Shown one piece after another: positions 39,801 through 51,800 of a stretch of DNA of 64,000 bases. This DNA is from Yuukianura sp. NJ FZ-2021. Lineage: Eukaryota. The translations under genes were made by a program, and so were the position numbers. Numbering within the stretch: the first letter of the stretch is position 1; every line of letters starts with the position of its first letter. The stretch covers positions 6,634,001-6,698,000 of the forward strand of contig CM102285.1 of the NCBI GenBank assembly GCA_046563655.1, in the 5' to 3' direction. The notes beneath the pieces were generated by a model. It saw only the letters and a list, made by a program, of their open reading frames with translations, was not told where the DNA came from and made no database searches.

Positions 39801-42800
39801 TAAAAACTCCTCAAAAAGTCATTATGGGCTATCTGATATGCCAAATATCAAACCGAAATTATGCTTGTGAAAGCCCATCTGAAGTGTTCCAAGCTCAATT
39901 TTTCACCAAAAAATCATTTTTTTTTCATTAAAAACTCCCCAAAAAGTCATTCTGGGCTATCTGAGATGTCAAAATTGCAAACCGAAATTATGCTTGTGAA
40001 AGCCCATCTGAAGTGTTCCAAGCTCAATTTTCACCAAAAAATCATTTTTTTTCATTAAAAACTCCCCAAAAAGTCATTCTGGGCTATCTCAGATGTCAAA
40101 ATTGCAAACCGAAATTATGCTTCTGAAAGCCCATCTGAAGTGTACAAAGCTCAAGTTTTCTAAAAAAAAATCCATTTTTTCATTAAAAACTCCCCAAAAA
40201 GTCATTCTGGGCTATCTGAAGAGTCAAAATTGCAAACCCATATTTTGCTTCAGAAAGCCCATCTGAAGTGTACCAAACTCAATTTTTCTCAAAAAAATCC
40301 ATTTTTTCATTAAAAACTCCCCAAAAAGTCATTCTGGGCTATCTGAAGAGTCAAAATTGCAAACCGATATTATGCTTGTGAAAGCCCATCTGAAGTGTTC
40401 CAAGCTCAATTTTTCACCAAAAAATAATTTTTTTTCATTAAAAACTCCCCAAAAAGTCATTCTGGGCTATCTGAGATGTCAAAATTGCAATCCGATATTT
40501 TGCCTCGGAAAGCCCATCTGAAGTGTAGCAAACTCAATTTTTCTCAAAAAAATCCATTTTTTCATTAAAAACTCCCCAAAAAGTCATTCTGGGCAATCTG
40601 AGATGTCAAAATTGCAAACCGAAATTATGCTTGCGAAAGCCCATCTGAAGTGTTCAAAGCTCAATTTTGTCACCAAAAAATCATTTTTTTTCATTAAAAA
40701 CTCCCAAAAAGTCATTCTGGGCTATCTGAGATGTCAAAATTGCAAACCGAAATTATGCTTGTGAAAGCCCATCTGAAGTGTTCCAAGCTCAATTTTTCAC
40801 CAAAAAATCATTTTTTTCATTAAAAACTCCCCAAAAGTCATTCTGGGCTATCTCAGATGTCAAAATTGCAAACAGAAATTATGCTTGTGAAAGCCCATCT
40901 GAAGTGTTCCAAGCTCAATTTTCACCAAAAAATCATTTTTTTTCATTAAAAACTCCCCAAAAAGTCATTCTGGGCTATCTCAGATGTCAAAATTGCAAAC
41001 CGAAATTATGCTTGTGAAAGCCCATCTGAAGTGTTCCTAGCTCAATTTTTCACAAAAAAATCATTTTTTTTCATTAAAAACTCCTCAAAAAGTCATTCTG
41101 GGCTATCTCAGATGTCAAAATTGCAAACCGAAATTATGCTTGTGAAAGCCCATCTGAAGTGTTCCAAGCTCAATTATTCACCAAAAAATCATTTTTTTCA
41201 TTAAAAGCTCCCAAAAAGTCATTCTGGGATATCCGAGGAGTCAAAATTGCAAACAGAAAATATGCTTGTGAAAGCCCATCTGAAGTGTTCCAAGCTCAAT
41301 TTTTCACCAAAAAAATCATTTTTTTTTCATTAAAAACTCCCAAAAAGTAATTCTGGGCTATCTCAGATGTCAAAATTGCAAACCGAAATTATGCTTGTGA
41401 AAGCCCATCTGAATTGTTCCAAGCTCAATTTTTCACCAAAAAATCATTTTTTTTCATTAAAAACTCCTAAAAAAGTCATTCTGGGCTATCCGAGGAGTCA
41501 AAATCGCAAACCGAAATTATGCTTGTGAAAGCCCATCTGAAGTGTTCAAAGCTCAATTTTTCACCAAAAAATCATTTTTTTTTCATTAAAAACTCCCCAA
41601 AAAGTCATTCTGGGCTATCTGAGATGTCAAAATTGCAAACCGAAATTATGCTTGTGAAAGCCCATCTGAATTGTTCCAAGCTCAATTTTCACCAAAAAAT
41701 CATTTTGTTTCATTAAAAACTCCTCAAAAAGTCATTCTGGGCTATCTGATATGTCAAAATTGCAAACCGAAATTATGCTTGTGAAAGCCCATCTGAAGTG
41801 TTCCAAGCTCAATTTTTCACCAAAAAATCATTTTTTTTTCATTAAAAACTCCCCAAAAAGTCATTCTGGGCTATCTGAGATGTCAAAATTGCAAACCGAA
41901 ATTATGCTTGTGAAAGCCCATCTGAAGTGTTCCAAGCTCAATTTTTCACCAAAAAATCATTTTTTTTCATTAAAAACTCCCCAAAAAGTCATTCTGGGCT
42001 ATCTGAGATGTCAAAATTGCAAACCGAAATTATGCTTGTGAAAGCCCATCTGAAGTGTTCCAAGCTCAATTTTACACAAAAAATCATTTTTTTTCATTAA
42101 AAACTCCCCAAAAAAGTCATTCTGGGCTATCTGAGATGTCAAAATTGCAAACCGAAATTATGCTTGTGAAAGCCCATCTGAATTGTTCCAAAGCTCAATT
42201 TTTCACCAAAAAATCATTTTTTTTTCATTAAAAACTCCCCAAAAAGTCATTCTGGGCTATCTCAGATGTCAAAATTGCAAACCGAAATTATGCTTGTGAA
42301 AGCCCATCTGAAGTGTTCCAAGCTCAATTTTTCACCAAAAAATCATTTTTTTTTCATTAAAAACTCCCAAAAAGTCATTCTGGGCTATCGGAGATGTCAA
42401 AATTGCAAACCGAAATTATGCTTGTGAAAGCCCATCTGAAGTGTTCAAAGCTCAATTTTTCACCAAAAAATCATTTTTTTTTATTAAAAACTCCTCAAAA
42501 AGTCAGGGCTATCTGAGATGCCAAAGTTGCAAACCGAAATTATGCTTGTGAAAGCCCATCTGAAGTGTTCCAAGCTCAATTTTTCACCAAAAAGTCATTT
42601 CTTCTTTCATTAAAAACTCCTCAAAAAGTCATTCTGGGCTATCTGAGATGTCAAAATTGCAAACCGAAATTATGGTTGTAAAAGCGCATCTGAAGTGTTC
42701 CACGATCAATTTTCACCAAAAAATAATTTTTTTTTCATTAAAAACTCCTCAAAAAGTCATTCTGGGATATCCGAGGAGTCAAAATTGCAAACCGAAATTA

Positions 42801-45800
42801 TGCTTGTGAAAGCCCATCTGAAGTGTTCCAAGATCAATTTTTCACCAAAAAATCATTTTTTTCATTAAAAACTCCCCAAAAAGTCATTCTGGGCTATCTG
42901 AGATGTCAAAATTGCAAACCGAAATTATGCTTGTGAAAGCCCATCTGAAGTGTTCCAAGCTCAATTTTTCACCAAAAAATCATTTTTTTTTCATTAAAAA
43001 CTCCCCAAAAAGTCATTCTGGGCTATCTGAGATGTCAAAATTGCAAACCGAAATTATGCTTGTGAAAGCCCATCTGAAGTGTTCCAAGCTCAATTTTTCA
43101 CCAAAAAATCATTTTTTTTCATTAAAAACTCCCCAAAAAGTCATTCTGGGCTATCTCAGATGTCAAAATTGCAAACCGAAATTATGCTTGTGAAAGCCCA
43201 TCTGAAGTGTTCCAAGCTCAATTTTTCACCAAAAAATCATTTTTTTTTCATTAAAAACTCCCCAAAAAGTCATTCTGGGCTATCTGAGATGTCAAAATTG
43301 CAAACCGAAATTATGCTTGTGAAAGCCCATCTGAAGTGTTCCAAGCTCAATTTTTCACCAAAAAATCATTTTTTTCATTAAAAACTCCCCCAAAAAGTCA
43401 TTCTGGGCTATCTGAGATGTCAAAATTGCAAACCGAAATTATGCTTGTGAAAGCCCATCTGAAGTGTTCCAAGCTCAATTTTTCACCAAAAAATCATTTT
43501 TTTTCATTAAAAACTCCCCAAAAAGTCATTCTGGGCTATCTGAGATGTCAAAATTGCAAACCGAAATTATGCTTGTGAAAGCCCATCTGAAGTGTTCAAA
43601 GCTCAATTTTATCAGCAAAAAATCATTTTTTTTCATTAAAAACTCCCAAAAAGTCATTCTGGGCTATCTCAGATGTCAAAATTGCAAACCGAAATTATGC
43701 TTGTGAAAGCCCATCTGAAGTGTTCCAAGCTCAATTTTTCACCAAAAAATCATTTCTTTCATTAAAAACTCCTCAAAAAGTCATTCTAGGGTATCGGAGA
43801 TGTCGAATTGCAAACCGAAATTATGCTTGCGAAAGCCCATCTGAAGTGTTCCAAGCTCAATTTTTCACCAAAAAATCATTTTTTTTTCATTAAAAACTCC
43901 TAAAAAAGTCATTCTGGGCTATCCGAGGAGTCAAAATCGCAAACCGAAATTATGCTTGTGAAAGCCCATCTGAAGTGTTCAAAGCTCAATTTTTCACCAA
44001 AAAAAATATTTTGTTCATTAAAAACTAAAAAAGTCTTTCTGGGCTATCCGAGGAGTCAAAATTGCAAACCGAAATTATGCTTGTGAAAGCCCATCTGAAG
44101 TGTTCAAAGCTCAATTTTTCACCAAAAAATCATTTTTTTTCATTAAAAACTCCTCAAAAAGTCATTCTGGGCTATCTCAGATGTCAAAATTGCAAACCGA
44201 AATTATGCTTGTGAAAGCCCATCTGAAGTGTTCCAAGCTCAATTTTTCACCAAAAAATCATTTTTTTTCATTAAAAACTCCCCAAAAAGTCATTCTGGGC
44301 TATCTGAGATGTCAAAATTGCAAACCGAAATTATGCTTGTGAAAGCCCATCTGAAGTGTTCCAAGCTCAATTTTTCACCAAAAAATCATTTTTTTTCATT
44401 AAAAACTCCCCAAAAAGTCATTCTGGGCTATCTCAGATGTCAAAATTGCAAACCGAAATTATGCTTGTGAAAGCCCATCTGAAGTGTTCCAGGCTCAATT
44501 TTTCACCAAAAAATCATTTTTTTTCATTAAAAACTCCCCAAAAAGTCATTCTGGGCTATCTCAGATGTCAAAATTGCAAACCGAAATTATGCTTGGAAAA
44601 GCCCATCTGAAGTGTTCCAAGCTCAATTTTTCACCAAAAAAATCATTTTTTTTTCATTAAAAACTCCCCAAAAGTCATTCTGGGCTATCTGAGATGTCAA
44701 AATTGCAAACCGAAATTATGCTTGTGAAAACCCATCTGAAGTGTTCCAAGCTCAATTTTTTACCAAAAAGTCATTTCTTTTTTCATTAAAAACTCCCCAA
44801 AAAGTCATTCTGGGATATCCGAGGAGTCAAAAATGCAAACCGAAAATATGCGTGTTAAAGCCCATCTGAAGTGTTCCAAGATCAATTTTTCTCAAAAAAA
44901 TCCATTTTTTCATTAAAAACTCCTCAAAAAGTCATTCTGGGCTATCTGATATGCCAAATATCAAACCGAAATTATGCTCGTGAAAGCCCATCTGAAGTGT
45001 TCCAAGCTCAATTTTTCACCAAAAAATCATTTTTTTTTCATTAAAAACTCCTAAAAAAGTCATTCTGGGCTATCCGAGGAGTCAAAATCGCAAACCGAAA
45101 TTATGCTTGTGAAAGCCCATCTGAAGTGTTCAAAGCTCAATTTTTCACCAAAAAATCATTTTTTTTTCATTAAAAACTCCTCAAAAAGTCATTCTGGGCT
45201 ATCTGAGATGTCAAAATTGCAAACCGAAATTATGCTTGTGAAAGCCCATCTGAAGTGTTCCAAGCTCAATTTTTCACCAAAAAATCATTTTTTTTCATTA
45301 AAAACTCCCCAAAAAGTCATTCTGGGCTATCTGAGATGTCAAAATTGCAAACCGAAATTATGCTTGTGAAAGCCCATCTGAAGTGTTCCAAGCTCAATTT
45401 TTCACCAAAAAATCATTTTTTTTTTCATTAAAAACTCTCCAAAAGTCATTCTGGGCTATCTGAGATGTCAAAATTGCAAACCGAAATTATGCTTGTGAAA
45501 GCCCATCTGAAGTGTTCCAAGCTCAATTTTTCACCAAAAAATCATTTTTTTTCATTAAAAACTCCTCAAAAAGTCATTCTGGGCTATCTGATATGTCAAA
45601 ATTGCAAACCGAAATTATGCTTGTGAAAGCCCATCTGAAGTGTTTTAAGCTCAATTTTTCACCAAAAAATCATTTTTTTTCATTAAAAACTCCCCAAAAA
45701 GTCATTCTGGGCTATCTGAGATGTCAAAATTGCAAACCGAAATTATGCTTGTGAAAGCCCATCTGAAGTGTTCCAAGCTCAATTTTTCACCAAAAAATCA

Positions 45801-48800
45801 TTTTTTTTCATTAAAAACTCCCCAAAAAGTCATTCTGGGCTATCTGAGATGTCAAAATTGCAAACCAAAATTATGCTTGTGAAAGCCCATCTGAAGTGTT
45901 CCAAGCTCAATTTTTCACCAAAAAATCATTTTTTTCATTAAAAACTCCCAAAAAGTCATTCTGGGCTATCTCAGATGTCAAAATTGCAAACCGAAATTAT
46001 GCTTGTGAAAGCCCATCTGAAGTGTTCCAAGCTCAATTTTTCACCAAAAAATCATTTTTTTTTCATTTAAAACTCACCAAAAAGTCATTCTGGGCTATCT
46101 GAGGAGTCAAAATTGCAAACCGAAATTATGCTTGTGAAAGCCCATCTGAAGTGTTCCAAGCTCAATTTTTCACCAAAAAATCATTTTTTTTCATTAAAAA
46201 CTCCCCAAAAAGTCATTCTGGGCTATCTGAGATGTCAAAATTGCAAACCGAAATTATGCTTGTGAAAGCCCATCTGAAGTGTTCCAAGCTCAATTTTTCA
46301 CCAAAAAATCATTTTTTTTTTCATTAAAAACTCCTCAAAAAGTCATTTTGGGCTATCTGAGGAGTCAAAATTGCAAACCGAAATTATGCTTGTGAAAGCC
46401 CATCTGAAGTGTTCAAAGCTCAATTTTTCACCAAAAAATCATTTTTTTTTCATTAAAAACTCCTCAAAAAGTCATTATGGGCTATCTGAGGAGTCAAAAT
46501 AGCAAACCGAAATTATGCTTGTGAAAGCCCATCTGAAGTGTTATAAGCTCAATTTTTCTCAAAAAAATCCATTTTTTCATTAAAAACTCCCCAAAAAGTC
46601 ATTCTGGGCTATCTGAGATGTCAAAATTGCAAACCGAAATTATGCTTGTGAAAGCCCATCTGAAGTGTTCCAAGATCAATTTTTCACCAAAAAATCATTT
46701 TTTTTCATTAAAAACTCCCCAAAAAGTCATTCTGGGCTATCTGAGATGTCAAAATTGCAAACCGATATTATGCTTGTGAAAGCCCATCTGAAGTGTACCA
46801 AACTCAATTTTTCTCAAAAAAAATCATTTTTTTCATTAAAAACTCCCCAAAAAGTCATTCTGGGCAATGTGAGATGTCAAAATTGCAAACCGATATTATG
46901 CTTGTGAAAGCCCATCTGAAGTGTTCCAAACTCAATTTTTCTCCAAAAAATCATTTTTTTCATTAAAAACTCCCCAAAAAGTCATTCTGGGCTATCTGAG
47001 ATGTCAAAATTGCAAACCGAAATTATGCTTGTGAAAGCCCATCTGAAGTGTTCCAAGCTCAATTTTTCACCAAAAAATCATTTTTTTCATTAAAAACTCC
47101 CCAAAAGTCATTCTGGGCTATCTGAGATGTCAAAATTGCAAACCGATATTATGCTTGTGAAAGCCCATCTGAAGTGTACCAAACTCAATTTTTCTCAAAA
47201 AAATCCATTTTTTCATTAAAAACTCCCCAAAAAGTCATTCTGGGCAATGTGTGAAGTCAAAATTGCAAACCGAAATTATGCTTGTGAAAGCCCATCTGAA
47301 GTGTTCCAAGCTCAATTTTTCTCCGAAAAATCCATTTCTTTCATTTATAACTCACCAAAAAGTCATTTTTTTTTTCATTAAAAACTCCTAAAAAAGTCAT
47401 TCTGGGCTATCCGAGGAGTCAAAATCGCAAACCGAAATTATGCTTGTGAAAGCCCATCTGAAGTGTACCAAACTCAATTTTTCTCAAAAAAATCCATTTT
47501 TTCATTAAAAACTCCCCAAAAAGTCATTCTGGGCAATGTGTGAAGTCAAAATTGCAAAAACGAAATTATGCTTGTGAAAGCCCATCTGAAGTGTTCCAAG
47601 CTCAATTTTTCACCAAAAAATCATTTTTTTTCATTAAAAACTCCTCAAAAAGTCATTCTGGGCTATCCGAGGAGTCAAAATTGCAAACCGAAATTATGCT
47701 TGTGAAAGCCCATCTGAAGTGTTCCAAAGCTCAATTTTCACCAAAAAATCATTTTTTTTCATTAAAAACTCCTCAAAAAGTCATTTTGGGCTATCTGAGG
47801 AGTCAAAATTGCAAACCGAAATTATGCTTGTGAAAGCCCATCTGAAGTGTTCCAACCTCAATTTTTCACCAAAAAATCATTGTTTTTTTCATTAAAAACT
47901 CCTAAAAAAGTCATTCTGGGCTATCCGAGGAGTCAAAATCGCAAACCGAAATTATGCTTGTGAAAGCCCATCTGAAGTGTTCAAAGCTCAATTTTTCACC
48001 AAAAAAAATATTTTGTTCATTAAAAACTAAAAAAGTCCATTCTGGGCTATCTCAGAAGTGAAAATTTCAAAACGATACTATGCTTCTGAAAGCCCATCTG
48101 AAGTGTTCCAAGCTCAATTTTTCACCAAAAAATCATTTTTTTTCATTAAAAACTCCCAAAAAGTCATTCTGGGCTATCTCAGATGTCAAAATTGCAAACC
48201 GAAATTATGCTTGTGAAAGCCCATCTGAAGTGTACCAAGCTCAATTTTTCTAAAAAAAAATGCATTCTTTCCATTAAAAACTCCCCAAAAAGTCATTCTG
48301 GGCGATGTGTGAGGGCAAAATTGCAAACCCATATTTTTCCTCTGAAAGCCCATCTGAAGTGTACCAAACTCAATTTTTCTAAAAAAAAATCCATTTTTTC
48401 ATTAAATACTCCTCAAAAAGTCATTCTGGGCTATCTCAGATGTCAAAATTGCAAACCGAGATTATGCTTGTGAAAGCCCATCTGAAGTGTACCAAACTCA
48501 ATTTTTCTCAAAAAAATCCATTTTTTCATTAAAAACTCCCCAAAAAGTCATTCTGGGCTATCTGAGATGTCAAAATTGCAAACCGAAATTATGCTTGTGA
48601 AAGCCCATCTGAAGTGTTCCAAGCTCAATTTTTCACCAAAAAATCATTTTTTTTCATTAAAAACTCCTCAAAAAGTCATTATGGGCTATCTGATATGCCA
48701 AAATTGCAAACCGAAATTATGCTTGTGAAAGCCCATCTGAAGTGTTCCAAGCTCAATTTTTCACCAAAAAATCATTTTTTTTTCATTAAAAACTCCCAAA

Positions 48801-51800
48801 AAGTCATTCTGGGCTATCTGAGATGTCAAAATTGCAAACCGATATTATGCTTGTGAAAGCCCATCTGAAGTGAACCAAGCTCAATTTTTCACCAAAAAAT
48901 CATTTTGTTTTCATTTAAAACTCCCCAAAAAGTCATTCTGGGCTATCTGAGGAGTCGAAATTGCAAACCGAAATTATGCTTGTGAAAGCCCATCTGAAGT
49001 GTTCCAAGCTCAATTTTTCACCAAAAAATCATTTTTTTTTCATTTAAAACTCCCCAAAAAGTCATTCTGGGCTATCTGAGGAGTCAAAATTGCAAACCGA
49101 AATTATGCTTGTGAAAGCCCATCTGATGTGTTATAAGCTCAATTTTTCACCAAAAAATCATTTTTTTTTATTAAAAACTCCTAAAAAAGTCATTCTGGGC
49201 TATCCGAGGAGTCAAAATCGCAAACCGAAATTATGCTTGTGAAAGCCCATCTGAAGTGTTCAAAGCTCAATTTTTCACCAAAAAATCATTTTTTTTCATT
49301 AAAAACTCCTCAAAAAGTCATTATGGGCTATCTGATATGCCAAATATCAAACCGAAATTATGCTTGTGAAAGCCCATCTGAAGTGTTCCAAGCTCAATTT
49401 TTCACCAAAAAATCATTTTTTTTCATTAAAAACTCCCCAAAAAGTCATTCTGGGCTATCTCAGATGTCAAAATTGCAAACCGAAATTATGCTTGTGAAAG
49501 CCCATCTGAAGTGTTCCAAGCTCAATTTTTCACCAAAAAATCATTTTTTTTCATTAAAAACTCCCCAAAAAGTCATTCTGGGCTATCTCAGATGTCAAAA
49601 TTGCAAACCGAAATTATGCTTGTGAAAGCCCATCTGAAGTGTTCCAAGCTCAATTTTTCACCAAAAAATCATTTTTTTTCATTAAAAACTCCCCAAAAAG
49701 TCATTCTGGGCTATCTGAGATGTCAAAATTGCAAACCGAAATTATGCTTGTGAAAGCCCATCTGAAGTGTTCCAAACTCAATTTTTCACCAAAAAATTTT
49801 TTTTTTTTCATTAAAAACTCCCAAAAAGTCATTCTGGGCTATCTGAGATGTCAAAATTGCAAACCGAAATTATGCTTGTGAAAGGCCATCTGAAGTGTTC
49901 CAAGCTCAATTTTTCACCAAAAAATCATTTTTTTTTCATTAAAAACTCCCCAAAAGTCATTCTGGGTTATCTGAGGAGTCAAAATTGCAAACCGAAATTA
50001 TGCTTGTGAAAGCCCATCTGAGGTGTTTTAAGCTCAATTTTTCACCAAAAAATCATTTTTTTTTCATTAAAAACTCCTCAAAAAGTCATTCTGGGCTATC
50101 TGACATGCCAAATTGCAAACCGAAATTATGCTTGTGAAAGCCCATCTGAAGTGTTCCAAGCTCAATTTTTCACCAAAAAATCATTTTTTTTTTCATTAAA
50201 AACTCCTAAAAAAGTCATTCTGGGCTATCCGAGGAGTCAAAATTGCAAACCGAAATTATGCTTGTGAAAGCCCATCTGAAGTGTTCCAAGCTCAATTTTT
50301 CACCAAAAAATCATTTTTTTTCATTAAAAACTCCTCAAAAAGTCATTCTGGGCTATCTGAGATGTCAAAATTGCAAACCGAAATTATGCTTGTGAAAGCC
50401 CATCTGAAGTGTTCCAAGCTCAATTTTTCACCAAAAAATCATTTTTTTTCATTAAAAACTCCCCAAAAAGTCATTCTGGGCTATCTGAGATGTCAAAATT
50501 GCAAACCGAAATTATGCTTGTGAAAGCCCATCTGAAGTGTTCCAAGCTCAATTTTTCACCAAAAAATCATTTTTTTTTCATTAAAAACTCCCCAAAAAGT
50601 CATTCTGGGCTATCTGAGATGTCAAAATTGCAAACCGAAATTATGCTTGTGAAAGCCCATCTGAAGTGTTCAAAGCTCAATTTTTCACCAAAAAATCATT
50701 TTTTTTTCATTAAAAACTCCTCAAAAAGTCATTATGGGCTATCTGATATGCCAAATATCAAACCGAAATTATGCTTGTGAAAGCCCATCTGAAGTGTTCC
50801 AAGCTCAATTTTTCACCAAAAAATCATTTTTTTTTTCATTAAAAACTCCTAAAAAAGTCATTCTGGGCTATCTGAGGAGTCAAAATTGCAAACCGAAATT
50901 ATGCTTGTGAAAGCCCATCTGAAGTGTTCCAAGCTCAATTTTTCACCAAAAAATCATTTTTTTTTCATTTAAAACTCACCAAAAAGTCATTCTGGGCTAT
51001 CTGAGGAGTCAAAATTGCAAACCGAAATTATGCTTGTGAAAGCCCATCTGAAGTGTTCCAAGCTCAATTTTTCACCAAAAAATCATTTTTTTTCATTAAA
51101 AACTCCTCAAAAAGTCATTCTGGGCTATCCGAGGAGTCAAAATTGCAAACCGAAATTATGCTTGTGAAAGCCCATCTGAAGTGTTCCAAACTCAATTTTT
51201 CTCAAAAAAATCCATTTTTTCATTAAAAACTCCCCAAAAAGTCATTCTGGGCAATGTGTGAAGTCAAAATTGCAAACCGATATTATGCTTGTGAAAGCCC
51301 ATCTGAAGTGTTCCAAGCTCAATTTTTCACCAAAAAATCATTTTTTTTCATTAAAAACTCCCCAAAAAGTCATTCTGGGCTATCTGAGATGTCAAAATTG
51401 CAAACCGAAATTATGCTTGTGAAAGCCCATCTGAAGTGTTCCAAGCTCAATTTTTCACCAAAAAATCATTTTTTTTTCATTAAAAACTCCTCAAAAAGTC
51501 ATTCTGGGCTATCTGAGATGTCAAAATAGCAAACCGAAATTATGCTTGTGAAAGCCCATCTGAAGCGTTCCAAGATCAATTTTTCACCAAAAAATCATTT
51601 TTTTTTCATTAAAAACTCCCAAAAAGTCATTCTGGGCTATCCGAGGAGTCAAAATTGCAAACCGAAATTATGCTTGTGAAAGCCCATCTGAAGTGTTCCA
51701 AGCTCAATTTTTCATAAAAAAATCATTTTTTTTTATTAAAAACTCCTAAAAAAGTCATTCTGGGCTATCTCAGATGTCAAAATTGCAAACCGAAATTATG

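Noticed and set aside
42495..42530. Monomer with a 4-bp deletion (AGTCAGGGCT) and nearby substitutions
   Set aside because: This is a single small indel, consistent with ordinary satellite decay or sequencing error.
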